A stretch of 64,000 nucleotides of DNA from Bacteroidota bacterium (GCA_020444515.1 JAHLKX010000003.1:512997-576996), one strand, 5' to 3'. Numbered from the stretch's first letter, positions 8,510 through 18,267 are shown. Numbers and translations: made by a program. The notes: generated by a model from the letters alone, not told the origin.

Positions 8510-11239
8510 TTATTCCAACAAATAATTTTTAACTTCCCGGCCATTGGCAATGATCAGATTTGTAATATCATCATTGTTGATGCTCCCTGCAGTAAATCCA
8601 GTTGTTCCTGCAATGCGGATACCATCAAACTTTCTTCCTCCAGCATCAAGCAAAATCACTTCTCCGCTCCCCGATAATAAAAGTCCCATTAAAACCTGGT
8701 CGTTTCCATAGTCAATGATCGCTGGTTTATGGCCAACAGGTGATGATAGCGTATAATTTAAAATTTCTTTTTTAAACCGATTGTAAACGACGACGACTGG
8801 TCCATCAACAAAAATAAAATCCATAGCGCCATCCCTGTCAAAATCTTCATAGAAAAAATAATGTCCGGAAGAAAAATCACCAAATGAAGTATAATTCAAC
8901 TGACCACTTTCATCAATGTAAACAAGTTGACCTTTTGAATTGGTTGTGAGGAAAAGTCCGTTCGAATTGGTTTTATTGATATAAAATATTGAATTTTCAG
9001 CTTTTTCAATCTTCTTTTTCAGTCGAATCCTTTGATCTCCGCGACGATCGGTTATGATCACATGTCCGTTTTTGTCCGTCACAAAGAAAAAATCTTTACC
9101 ATCTGCAATCAAATGCTGGACCGGTTGCTGAACTTCTGATTTTGCCTGGATATTGGTCCACCCATCTACCCTTTGCATTGACTTGTCAAAATTATATACG
9201 CGGTTATCATTAAGGGCCATCACAAAACGATAATCATGATCATTGTCATAATCAAAACAGGCAACTGGATTGGTCGATGTTTGTAGCAATTTTATTGGAT
9301 AGTCTGCCACATAATCTCCATTCAAGTCTATAAGATAGATGTAGTTCTTCGTGTTGAACAGGTATTGAAACTTACCGTTTCCATAGTAATCGATCTGGGT
9401 CATTTCTCCAAGTGGCGGTTCGATAAGGGGCAATTTCCACTTGACCTTGCCAATATGATCGGCCAGATACATATTGTTATCAACATCAAAAACTACAGTA
9501 TTCAGTTTGTTATTCCTGTGATTCCGAATAAACCATGGTTGCCCTGAGACATCAGCTTCCGTTTTGAAAGACCAGGTGGAAGGATTGATTTCCTGATAAT
9601 CAGGGTTGTATTTCAAATACACATTGGTGTAAAACATTTGGTTTATGTAACTCAGTTGCAAAGCAAATCCTTCTATGTTACCCAACGTCCCTGCATTATC
9701 CTGAATCCAGTTATTCAAAGGGCCATCAAGCATTGCTCCCGACAGGCTGGCAGACTTGCGAATATTGCAATAGAGAAAAATATTGGATTTATCAGAAATA
9801 TTATTGGAGAAAGACTGATAATTTATATTTGACTGTAAGGTTTTACCCTTATAAAAATTATCAATAACGTACTTCAAAATTTCGATTGAATTGGCAAATA
9901 CGATATAGTCTTTGATCAGGATGTAATAATTATCGGTCATTCCTCTGAACAGAGGACCAAACAGAACCTCCGTCAGGTTTTTAGAATTGATCTTTCGAAT
10001 TTGATAATCACCATATTTTACTTCATAGGGTTTGATTAACTGACGACGGTTTATTTTATCTGAAGCTTCTTGAAGTGAAAGACGGGCCTTAAGGATGTCG
10101 GTGGTTTTAATAAGAACAAGCAATTCTGCATCATATTCCTGGTCATGATTAATCCCAGCCACCGCAAATTCATTACCAATCCATGATATGAATTCATCAT
10201 ACGGTGATATGCTGAATTTATCTTTATAAGACTTCAATTGCGCCAGTACCTCCATTGAATCCGATCGCTGCTCCAGGTAGGCTGCATAGAAATTTTCAAA
10301 TTTTTCCACACCAAAATGGGCCATATAGGCCACATTATAAGGCAAGATTTCAGGGATGGTAATAGCCTGGGGGGTCTGTGCGAAGCAGTCCAGCAATTGG
10401 GGTTCGGTTCCTTTGGTTATGGAATATCCATTTAATAATACCTCATCATTATTGATCACCATATCAGCTTCACTCCAATCCCAGGAGCGACCCAGATTAT
10501 GAAACAGGGGTGCGAAATCTTTATTTCCCAGTGATGCTGACCATGGGCCAAAATTGGGTCCATAAACATAAAGATTGGCATCCACTTTATGACCCGCTGT
10601 ACCACTGACTTGCTGAAAAGATGCTTCTTTCGATAATGGAGAACCGGAAGTCATATGGGCAATGGATTCCTTTAACAAGGCTTCATTGAATGATCCGGCA
10701 AAAATGCCCCGATACACAGTAAAATAAAAAAAAGTGTTTTGTGCTGGGAGATTCACCACCTTAATTTTTGCCTTCTGGTATGGCTTTTCCATGATGATGC
10801 TTTGTTTTCCGTTGATGTCTTTTACAATGTCATCAACCGAATTAGTCATCAACGATTTCGGCATGGGAATCAAAAATAAGGGAAGCAGTACATTATTTTC
10901 GTCAGGATGAAGGGAAATAATTAACCTGGAAGATTTCAGGGATTGACTAAATGAGGGATTGGAAGCCAATGCCGAATCCATAAATGCAACCTGATGATGA
11001 AAATTTTGAAAAGCCTCTATTCCCGATAGATATTCCCATATTTCCGTCGCGTTCAAGGTAGAATAAACGCCTGCGGGATCTGGAATCTCGAGATAAGCAA
11101 CTACAGAAGGGGTGATGGCCGAAATGGGGGATACATCAGCTACCTTGGTCTTAAAATAAAGCCTGTAACCGAAGAAGCCAGCCCCGGCAACGATACAAAC
11201 AAGAAAAATGATCAGGATTGTTTTCCAGGTATTTGACAT
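8510..11239 (-). CDS. Large (909 aa) N-terminally membrane-anchored protein of unknown function with a propeller/FG-GAP-like C-terminal half
   Basis: Uninterrupted 909-codon ORF. N-terminal TM ILIIFLVCIVAGAGFFGY. Acidic loops in the C-terminal half resemble FG-GAP/VCBS calcium-binding loops (FDYDNDHDYRF, DFDRDGAMDFIFVDG, INNDDITNLIIANG). Confidence 0.7.
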   Translation of the reverse strand: MSNTWKTILIIFLVCIVAGAGFFGYRLYFKTKVADVSPISAITPSVVAYLEIPDPAGVYSTLNATEIWEYLSGIEAFQNFHHQVAFMDSALASNPSFSQSLKSSRLIISLHPDENNVLLPLFLIPMPKSLMTNSVDDIVKDINGKQSIIMEKPYQKAKIKVVNLPAQNTFFYFTVYRGIFAGSFNEALLKESIAHMTSGSPLSKEASFQQVSGTAGHKVDANLYVYGPNFGPWSASLGNKDFAPLFHNLGRSWDWSEADMVINNDEVLLNGYSITKGTEPQLLDCFAQTPQAITIPEILPYNVAYMAHFGVEKFENFYAAYLEQRSDSMEVLAQLKSYKDKFSISPYDEFISWIGNEFAVAGINHDQEYDAELLVLIKTTDILKARLSLQEASDKINRRQLIKPYEVKYGDYQIRKINSKNLTEVLFGPLFRGMTDNYYILIKDYIVFANSIEILKYVIDNFYKGKTLQSNINYQSFSNNISDKSNIFLYCNIRKSASLSGAMLDGPLNNWIQDNAGTLGNIEGFALQLSYINQMFYTNVYLKYNPDYQEINPSTWSFKTEADVSGQPWFIRNHRNNKLNTVVFDVDNNMYLADHIGKVKWKLPLIEPPLGEMTQIDYYGNGKFQYLFNTKNYIYLIDLNGDYVADYPIKLLQTSTNPVACFDYDNDHDYRFVMALNDNRVYNFDKSMQRVDGWTNIQAKSEVQQPVQHLIADGKDFFFVTDKNGHVIITDRRGDQRIRLKKKIEKAENSIFYINKTNSNGLFLTTNSKGQLVYIDESGQLNYTSFGDFSSGHYFFYEDFDRDGAMDFIFVDGPVVVVYNRFKKEILNYTLSSPVGHKPAIIDYGNDQVLMGLLLSGSGEVILLDAGGRKFDGIRIAGTTGFTAGSINNDDITNLIIANGREVKNYLLE

Positions 11240-11265
11240 TGTTTTTGAACTGAATTGCAGATTAA

Positions 11266-11273
11266 CAAAGTTA
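11266..11273 (-). promoter_or_regulatory. -7 promoter box TAACTTTG (minus strand)
   Basis: Plus-strand CAAAGTTA, 27 nt upstream of the start at 11239. Confidence 0.4.
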
Positions 11274-11344
11274 AACTATTGCATTTTAACAATAGATTTT
11301 ATACGCCATTAAAGTTAACATGGATTTGTTAATTATTGCAAACG

Positions 11345-11370
11345 AAAAAAGGCCGGTAAAATTACCGGCC
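11345..11370 (-). terminator. Rho-independent terminator downstream of the 11396-12145 gene
   Basis: GGCCGGTA-AAAT-TACCGGCC 8-bp stem. On the minus strand it is followed by TTTTTT. Confidence 0.7.
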
Positions 11371-11395
11371 TTTATTATAGTTCAAATCCGATCAA

Positions 11396-12145
11396 TTATT
11401 CACTGCTCATTTCGGGTACATATTCTGATAATTCATCCGAGGAAGAAACGACAATTTCTCTGTATTCCTCAAAGAATTTCCACCTGGCACCTTCACCATG
11501 AACATCTTCGTAATCAGCCCAGAATTTATCATCCTCATCAAAAAAGGAATAATTCGGGAAACCAAAACCAATAGCGATGTCACGCCCGTTTCCACCATCA
11601 AACTGACTCCTGAATACCTGGAAATAATTGGGATACGCTTTTTCCTTGTAAACCTCCACTACTTTTTCAAGGAGCGCTGTAAAACGATATCCTTCGAAGG
11701 GTTTAATGTCATAAACGGTCCATATTTCCTTTCCTGAAAAGGATCCTTCCGGTTCATAAGAAACTTTATCATCCATTTTCCAGTATTCACCATCGCTTAC
11801 TTGTTTGACGTTGGGCATTACATTCGTGATCCAATCCGTTGTATGTTCTTCGGATTCAGGCCGATTATCAAGATCCGTAAAAGTGCAGGGGCCCATCACC
11901 CATACGATATCTCCGGTATGCGGTCCCGTATTAGCCATCCACACATGGGCTTTATATGGAGCATCCTTGTGGTACATCCGATTGTGGTTTTTAAGAGCTT
12001 CACCCAGTTCAACCAGTTTATCTGTTCTCGGTGTGAGATAGGTGATCTCATACATTTTATAATCTTTTTCTGTTTCTGTTTCCTGCGCATATGCAATAGA
12101 TCCCATCAGGATAAAAAGGATAAGCGTTTTAAGTAAATTTTTCAT
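11396..12145 (-). CDS. Secreted protein of unknown function (249 aa)
   Basis: Signal peptide MKNLLKTLILFILMGSIAYAQ. Intact ORF with a terminator downstream. No motif recognised. Confidence 0.65.
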   Translation of the reverse strand: MKNLLKTLILFILMGSIAYAQETETEKDYKMYEITYLTPRTDKLVELGEALKNHNRMYHKDAPYKAHVWMANTGPHTGDIVWVMGPCTFTDLDNRPESEEHTTDWITNVMPNVKQVSDGEYWKMDDKVSYEPEGSFSGKEIWTVYDIKPFEGYRFTALLEKVVEVYKEKAYPNYFQVFRSQFDGGNGRDIAIGFGFPNYSFFDEDDKFWADYEDVHGEGARWKFFEEYREIVVSSSDELSEYVPEMSSE

Positions 12146-12524
12146 TTTTTGTTGTTTTAGTTAAAAATTCAGTAATAAAGTTTAATGATAGTTATGTGAT
12201 AACTTAAATACATAGAAACATAACCAACGTTCCATCTCATTCGAATGGGTAAATGATGATAATCTATTAAATAAAAGAAAGGGGGTTGGTTAATTCCATT
12301 ATTTAGAATCGTTTGTGCAAATGTACCGCTTCCAATCCGGATAGAGAATATATTTAACAGGAAATTAACAAATAAGTATCTGAGAACCAACACAAAGACC
12401 TACAACTTCAACATCTCGGTTTTACACAATATTTTACTAATCCATTCTAAATTAGGAATAACGATACACAAGAATTTACCATTAAGGATTGAAATGGGCA
12501 ATATAAAGATAACACGACCAGATC

Positions 12525-13283
12525 TTATTTTCTGCAAACAATGATATACTCCTTTGAAGATTCCATAATTGGATTTTCATTAAAATCTCCATATATGTTG
12601 AAGTCTGCAAATAATGAAGACCGAAGAAGCAACTCCAGTTCATACTTGAAAAAGAAGCGCAATTCTGTATTCCAGGTTTTGGATTGTATGGTACCTCCCT
12701 CCTGCCACTCAAGTCTGAAAGAAATTTTACTGATCTGATGAACCGGATCAGCTTTCATACTCACATATCGTTTCAATTTCATGCCCGGTTCATATTCACT
12801 ATTATAATCCATCATGTTATCAAGTCCTTGTTGCAACAATTTCAGATCGGGTATAAAAAGATCGAAGATGAAAGATCCTCCATCATCCAAGAATTGGTAT
12901 ACCCGGTTAAGGGCCTTGAGTTGATCCTCTATGGAAATTAAATGCATAAAAACACGAAAGGGAGCGATGATCAGTTTAAATTTCATGTCAGGATTCATGG
13001 TACGGATATCCTGAACTTTCACCCTGTGATGATGCTTCCGGGATAATTTATGCTTTAAAACTTCAATCATGGCCGGGCTAAAATCTATGCCATAAATATC
13101 GGCACCCCTTTGTATGGCATCCATAAAAAAACGACCTGTACCGGTACCCACCTCCAAAATTGGGCCCATGGCTGCTTCAATCTTTTCTAAATAATAAGCG
13201 TGATCTGCATCATTGCGCACTTGTTGATAAATTGTGTCATAAAAACGGGCAAAAAAATCGGGATAGGTAGGTTCTGTTTTCAT
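12525..13283 (-). CDS. Class I SAM-dependent methyltransferase
   Basis: Motif I ILEVGTGTGRF. Acidic loop IYGIDFSPAM. Post-I/II pattern KFKLIIAPF. Confidence 0.8.
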   Translation of the reverse strand: MKTEPTYPDFFARFYDTIYQQVRNDADHAYYLEKIEAAMGPILEVGTGTGRFFMDAIQRGADIYGIDFSPAMIEVLKHKLSRKHHHRVKVQDIRTMNPDMKFKLIIAPFRVFMHLISIEDQLKALNRVYQFLDDGGSFIFDLFIPDLKLLQQGLDNMMDYNSEYEPGMKLKRYVSMKADPVHQISKISFRLEWQEGGTIQSKTWNTELRFFFKYELELLLRSSLFADFNIYGDFNENPIMESSKEYIIVCRK

Positions 13284-13340
13284 GGTTGACTATAAATAAT
13301 TTGCGATAGGAATGGCATGTATTACTTTACAAATATATTG

Positions 13341-13348
13341 TAATTTTG
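13341..13348 (+). promoter_or_regulatory. -7 promoter box TAATTTTG upstream of tadA
   Basis: Exact TAnnTTTG only 8 nt before the ATG at 13357, implying a very short or absent leader. Confidence 0.45.
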
Positions 13349-13356
13349 CGGCTAAT

Positions 13357-13812
13357 ATGACTGATTCTTCCCTTTCTGTATTTTCACATGAGCACTTCAT
13401 GAAGGAAGCCTTCAAAGAGGCAGAAAAGGCTTTTGTACACGATGAAGTTCCCATTGGAGCGGTCATTGTTTGTGATAACAGGATCATTGCCAGAGCCCAT
13501 AACCTCACCGAGCAATTAATCGATGCAACAGCCCATGCCGAAATGCAAGCCATTACAGCAGCAGCAAACCATTTAGGTGCAAAATTTCTGGATGAATGTG
13601 CATTGTATGTTACCGTTGAGCCCTGTCCCATGTGTGCAGGTGCACTTTATTGGACACGAATTGGTCATCTTTTCTATGGCACAGCAGATGAAAAAAAAGG
13701 GTATTCCACCATTTCGGAAACTTTGCTTCACCCTAAGACAAAAGTTACCAAGGGCATTTTGGAAGATGAATGCCAAAAGCTTATGAAAAGTTATTTTAAA
13801 AATAAACGATAA
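13357..13812 (+). CDS. tadA: tRNA-specific adenosine deaminase (CMP/dCMP deaminase fold)
   Basis: HAEMQAI and PCPMCAGAL zinc motifs. The N-terminus FSHEHFMKEAFKEAEKA..EVPIGAVIV is typical of TadA. ATG 13357 is preferred over the ORF-track start at 13312 because of the promoter box. Confidence 0.88.
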   Translation: MTDSSLSVFSHEHFMKEAFKEAEKAFVHDEVPIGAVIVCDNRIIARAHNLTEQLIDATAHAEMQAITAAANHLGAKFLDECALYVTVEPCPMCAGALYWTRIGHLFYGTADEKKGYSTISETLLHPKTKVTKGILEDECQKLMKSYFKNKR

Positions 13813-13859
13813 ATAAATCAATCATTTTCTTTTTTGAATAATCCCGTAAACTACTCAAT

Positions 13860-14249
13860 ATGGAAATCTATTTTAAAAATAAAAAACAAGTCTTTGCCAA
13901 TGTAAACGGTCATACCATCATGACCGACCAGGCTTTAAGATCAGGTGGTGATGGAGAATACCCTGAACCGTTTACCCTTTTTTTAGCCTCGCTGGGCACA
14001 TGCGCGGGAATCTATGTGAAGAGCTTTTGTGACCAACGTGGAATTCCAACAGAATATATTCAATTGCGACAAGCACAGAATTACAACCCGGTTAAAAAGT
14101 TGATTGATCAAATTGAAATCCAAATTCTCGTACCGGGAGATTTTCCTGAAAAATACGAAAATGCCGTCATCAATTCGGCCAGTCTATGCGCCGTTAAACG
14201 GCACCTGAAGGATGATATTGAAGTTACGGTAAAAGTCATCAGGAAATAA
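13860..14249 (+). CDS. OsmC/Ohr-family protein
   Basis: 129 aa with two conserved Cys contexts (LGTCAGIY and ASLCAVKRHL). Confidence 0.7.
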   Translation: MEIYFKNKKQVFANVNGHTIMTDQALRSGGDGEYPEPFTLFLASLGTCAGIYVKSFCDQRGIPTEYIQLRQAQNYNPVKKLIDQIEIQILVPGDFPEKYENAVINSASLCAVKRHLKDDIEVTVKVIRK

Positions 14250-14262
14250 TTATGAGAACGGG

Positions 14263-15927
14263 TTAATACCTGCCCCCAAAGTCACGCCATTTTTGCACTT
14301 TTATAAAAACGGTATCTGAAAAACCATACGTAATGCTGCGATTGGGAATGGTGTTTCCATTTTCATCCACTTCAACCGTTTCCCAGCCCCCACGGGTAAT
14401 CTTATACTCAAATCCTTTATTTCGACCTGTTACAGTTATATAGGGGCGACCATCCGGTAGTTTATTAAAGATCAATTTTCGGTCTTCGGGATCCCAGCCA
14501 TTAAAATCCGGGGCAAGGAAAATTTCAGCATTGGAAGGGGTAATGGATGGTAGTTCATCGATTACGAGTGTCACATAGTCAATTTCCAGGGGTGGGCGGT
14601 CCTTCCAGTTTTGAACACGGATCACGGCAGTATCAGTATCTTTATAAAATAATAATCGGTTTTCAATATCGGAACCATCAGCATCCACTTCAACATTTGA
14701 CCATTCGCCACGGGTAATTTTAAAAGTCAACATATGGCCCCCACGGGGAATATTCAAAAAATAGCTACCATGCGAATCTTTTTCAAAACGAAATTTGTTC
14801 CTGCCGGCATTCCATCCACTGATATCTCCTGCAAGATAAAAATCCGCATCAAGAGGTGTTGATGATGGCAGATCACCAAGCACTATGGTAAGCTCACGAT
14901 CCGAAGGGTAATTCCTATCCTTCCATCCTCCGATTGAAATCATGACGGTATCTTTTTCCTGCAGGTTAACAACCCGGTTTGGTATTTCAAAACCATACTT
15001 ATCAACTTCTACAGTTGACCAACTTCCACGGGTTATTTTATATTCCAGGATCTTTTTTTTGCGTGGAAATGGGAAAAAATAACGACCGTTTCTATCTTTC
15101 TGAAAAATAAAATTTCGATCACCCGGAGTCCAGTCATTCAAATTACTGACAAGGTAAAAGTCATCACCCACCGGGGTAGATCGGGGCAATTCTTTTATTA
15201 TGAATATCACCCGGTTCGATTTTTTCTCAGTTGGTTTATCCACCCAACCACCTACTGAAAGTCTCACCGTATCTTTTACACCAAATTGAACTTTTCTGTT
15301 TGGAATAATGTTGCCAAACTCGTCTGATTCACTGGTTTCAAGATTTCCCCGGGTGACTTTAAACTCCAGTTCCTTGATCCCCGGAACACGGTCGATCGTG
15401 AGTGCATATTTACCACTGGAGCTGTCTTTTTTCAAAATAGCATTTTGATCGGGGTTCCAGGCATTGAAATTACCTGCTATGGCAATGGTTTCTTCTGGAG
15501 GCGTATCTTTTGGCAGACTATCGATGATAATGGTCAAACGGGGGCAATTTACAGGATCAAGATCATTCCAGCTTTCTATTTGATTCGATACAGTATCCTG
15601 TTCACCCAGTGTCAAACGATGATTATCAATTTCGTAACCGCAAATATCTTTTTCGACTGTGGTCCAATCGCCACGGGTAAATTTATATTCCACTGTTCCA
15701 AAACCGGCGGGCAAAGTAATTGTATAGGAGCTATCCGGGTTGAGTTGCATCTGGAACCGCTCGTCACCGGGATCCCAGTTATTAAAATTACCGGTAATAT
15801 ACAAAGGCTGATTCTTGGGTGTATTAGAAGGAATGGTATCCACTCTTACCACCACACTCTGACAGGAAGCCAACAAAATAGCAAAGGCTGCCAGCACTAG
15901 AATCCTATGTCCTCTTGTTTTTATCAT
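14263..15927 (-). CDS. Lipoprotein built from five tandem ~105-aa starch/glycogen-binding-like (CBM20/48, AMPK-beta GBD-like) modules
   Basis: Lipobox LLASC. Five repeats each carry (Y/F)(I/L)(T/A)GNFN.W.P ... (E/T)(Y/F)K(F/I/V)TRG.W..VE.D..G.(E/I).NR ... W.D. The start overlaps the upstream regulator's stop (ATGA at 15924-15927). Confidence 0.8.
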   Translation of the reverse strand: MIKTRGHRILVLAAFAILLASCQSVVVRVDTIPSNTPKNQPLYITGNFNNWDPGDERFQMQLNPDSSYTITLPAGFGTVEYKFTRGDWTTVEKDICGYEIDNHRLTLGEQDTVSNQIESWNDLDPVNCPRLTIIIDSLPKDTPPEETIAIAGNFNAWNPDQNAILKKDSSSGKYALTIDRVPGIKELEFKVTRGNLETSESDEFGNIIPNRKVQFGVKDTVRLSVGGWVDKPTEKKSNRVIFIIKELPRSTPVGDDFYLVSNLNDWTPGDRNFIFQKDRNGRYFFPFPRKKKILEYKITRGSWSTVEVDKYGFEIPNRVVNLQEKDTVMISIGGWKDRNYPSDRELTIVLGDLPSSTPLDADFYLAGDISGWNAGRNKFRFEKDSHGSYFLNIPRGGHMLTFKITRGEWSNVEVDADGSDIENRLLFYKDTDTAVIRVQNWKDRPPLEIDYVTLVIDELPSITPSNAEIFLAPDFNGWDPEDRKLIFNKLPDGRPYITVTGRNKGFEYKITRGGWETVEVDENGNTIPNRSITYGFSDTVFIKVQKWRDFGGRY

Positions 15928-16694
15928 TGATCCATCCAGTTCATAAACTCCGGAACCTTTATCCTGCTTATCAGGATTGTATCTTCTGTAGGAGGATTCA
16001 GTTCCAAATGCAAACGACTATTAAAATATTTACTAATTTTCTTTATCGAACCAATGGTTATCATATAGCTACGGTTAGCCCTGAAAAACTCATTGGGATT
16101 AACCATGCGGCCCAATTGCTCCAAAGAGTAATCAATCACATATTGATGATTGGATTGTGTGACCAGCATAACCTCATTATCTTCAGCCCTGAAATAGGCC
16201 ACCTCATTCACGTCGATATACTTAATCTGGTCACCGACTTTTGTAATAAAACGGGTTTTGTATTTAGGTTTATGAATATTCAGTAATTGCTCGATCTGCT
16301 CAACAGTCAGGCCCGTCATCTCCTGCTTCCCGAATTGCTCAGCCAGTCCGGTAAGCTTTTCCAGCGCAGCAGCCAGATCATCATATTTAACCGGTTTCAG
16401 TAAATAATCGATGCTGTTTAACTTGAATGCCTGGACAGCATATTCATCATAGGCTGTAGTAAAAATCACCGGAGCCTTAACCCTGATATGATTGAAGATA
16501 TCAAAACTTATTCCATCGGAAAGCTGAATATCAAGGAAGATCAGGTCAGGTTCATCATTTGCATGAAACCATTCTATTGCTTCTTCAATGCTGTCGATGC
16601 AATCCAAAATTTCGATGGGTTTACCGGTGCGGGCCAGCAAACGCTTCAACTCATTTTGTGCATAAGGTTCATCTTCAACAATCAATACTTTCAT
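15924..16694 (-). CDS. LytR/AlgR-family response regulator (REC + LytTR)
   Basis: IVEDEPYAQ, FLDIQLSDG, TTAYDEYAVQAFKLNSIDYLLKP, LytTR C-terminal domain. TAATG overlap with the upstream kinase. Confidence 0.9.
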   Translation of the reverse strand: MKVLIVEDEPYAQNELKRLLARTGKPIEILDCIDSIEEAIEWFHANDEPDLIFLDIQLSDGISFDIFNHIRVKAPVIFTTAYDEYAVQAFKLNSIDYLLKPVKYDDLAAALEKLTGLAEQFGKQEMTGLTVEQIEQLLNIHKPKYKTRFITKVGDQIKYIDVNEVAYFRAEDNEVMLVTQSNHQYVIDYSLEQLGRMVNPNEFFRANRSYMITIGSIKKISKYFNSRLHLELNPPTEDTILISRIKVPEFMNWMDQ

Positions 16695-17728
16695 TAAGAT
16701 TCTATTAGCGGTATTTTAACGACAAATTCACCATCGGTTTCATATATATCTACTGTCCTGGAAGTAAAAAAGGCATAGCGGCTCTGGATGTTCTTCAGAC
16801 CGAGATGGCTACTATACTCCTTGACCTCTTTTCGCTGCAAATTATTCCTAACCATTAAGGTAGAGTCTGAAGCTGAGATCCGGATCAACAGCGGTTTCTT
16901 TTTTGAAACAATGTTGTGTTTCACAGCATTTTCAATCAGCAATTGCAGCGTCAACGGAGCCACCATTTTTGTTTCGGCTGCCGATTTGATCTCCCACTCA
17001 ACTTCCAGGTTCTTTTCGAACCTTAATCCCAATAAAAATAAATAGGATCTTGCTACCTGCAATTCGCTGCTTAACGGGACCAACTCCCTACCCCTGTTAT
17101 CCAGGATATATCGGTAAACATCTGAAAGTTCACGGATAAATAGTTCGGCCTTATCGCGATCATCATAGATCAGAGAAGACAGGGTATTGAGGCTGTTGAA
17201 CAGAAAATGCGGATTCACCTGAGATCGCAAAGATTCAAACTGAAATTCCGCATTTTCCTTTTTAAAACGTTCCAATTCAGCTAATGAAAAACGCCATTTT
17301 TCCAATAAATAAACACTTAATTCAACAACAGTTAATACCGTTACGACCAGTACCACAAGGGCAATGATGATCAGTTCATCAACAACGGCAATGAACGTAT
17401 TTATGTCTCTCAACAGAATGTAAGCCCAGCGTATAATCATCGCCATAAACAGGCCGATCAATATGCTGTAAATCCATTGCAGGTAAAACCTTTTATAGGC
17501 GTTTTTGTCCCATGGTCTTTTTCGATCGAGCCACCTCTTCACCTGGTAAATACCCTCTAAGGCAATGAATGTTATCAATAAGGTCAAGAGATAAAGCTGC
17601 ATCGACTGGAAAAGAGTATAATTCCTGTACATGAGGCTATAAATCACATCCAGGGTAAACCTGAATAACAAACCTAGCAGGAGATAAATTCCCCATCGGA
17701 TCCAACGATTCTTCAAATAGCCTTCCAT
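16694..17728 (-). CDS. LytS-family membrane sensor histidine kinase
   Basis: 4-5 N-terminal TM segments. H-box QVNPHFLFNSLN. N-box LLIENAVKHN. GLKNIQSRY. Confidence 0.88.
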   Translation of the reverse strand: MEGYLKNRWIRWGIYLLLGLLFRFTLDVIYSLMYRNYTLFQSMQLYLLTLLITFIALEGIYQVKRWLDRKRPWDKNAYKRFYLQWIYSILIGLFMAMIIRWAYILLRDINTFIAVVDELIIIALVVLVVTVLTVVELSVYLLEKWRFSLAELERFKKENAEFQFESLRSQVNPHFLFNSLNTLSSLIYDDRDKAELFIRELSDVYRYILDNRGRELVPLSSELQVARSYLFLLGLRFEKNLEVEWEIKSAAETKMVAPLTLQLLIENAVKHNIVSKKKPLLIRISASDSTLMVRNNLQRKEVKEYSSHLGLKNIQSRYAFFTSRTVDIYETDGEFVVKIPLIES

Positions 17729-17761
17729 TCGGTTTTTCTGCTAACGGATTTCATTATTGCT

Positions 17762-17769
17762 CAAATTTA
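17762..17769 (-). promoter_or_regulatory. -7 promoter box TAAATTTG for the LytS/LytTR/lipoprotein operon
   Basis: Plus-strand CAAATTTA, 34 nt upstream of the start at 17728. Confidence 0.45.
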
Positions 17770-17841
17770 CAAATTCCGTTATATGTTTATTACAAAAGAT
17801 GTCAAAGAACTTAAGTCATAGATTGATTACTGTTATTGAAC

Positions 17842-18219
17842 TTAATCAGCTATGGCAAGAATACCTGCCTTTTTGGAGAATTTCTGTGAGTAAAGAACGT
17901 TTCTTCCCTCTACAACTTCAAAAGTATAATCACCTGAAGGAAATTCTGAAATATCATACTTTACCCGAGCATTGTCTACTTTTTTAAACTTTTTTTGGTA
18001 CAGCACGCGATCTGATTCCGATTTAACCCTCAACTTTATTACCGCTTCAGGTGATTTGGAAATGATCATGGTGATGGCATCTGAGTCATTAGGATACATT
18101 GCTACAGCAACTTTATCGCTGTTCAAAACAAATTCATTGGAAGTTGATTTCATTTCATCTTGAGAAAATGAAAGGGTAGCGAGAACTACCAGGGCTGTTG
18201 TTAGAATTAAAGTTTTCAT
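17842..18219 (-). CDS. Small secreted protein of unknown function (125 aa)
   Basis: Signal peptide MKTLILTTALVVLATLSFSQ. The beta-rich C-terminal part (SGDYTFEVVEGRNVLYSQKF) resembles Ig-like/T9SS-CTD-like folds only loosely. Confidence 0.55.
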   Translation of the reverse strand: MKTLILTTALVVLATLSFSQDEMKSTSNEFVLNSDKVAVAMYPNDSDAITMIISKSPEAVIKLRVKSESDRVLYQKKFKKVDNARVKYDISEFPSGDYTFEVVEGRNVLYSQKFSKKAGILAIAD

Positions 18220-18259
18220 GGTTCAAATTATTTAAAGTTAAACATCAAAAAGTTTAATT

Positions 18260-18267
18260 CAAAAGTA
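18260..18267 (-). promoter_or_regulatory. -7 promoter box TACTTTTG
   Basis: Plus-strand CAAAAGTA, 41 nt upstream of the start at 18219. Confidence 0.35.

Noticed and set aside
15445-15900. 151-aa plus-strand ORF
   Set aside because: It is antisense to the five-repeat lipoprotein gene and is probably a by-product of the repeat structure.
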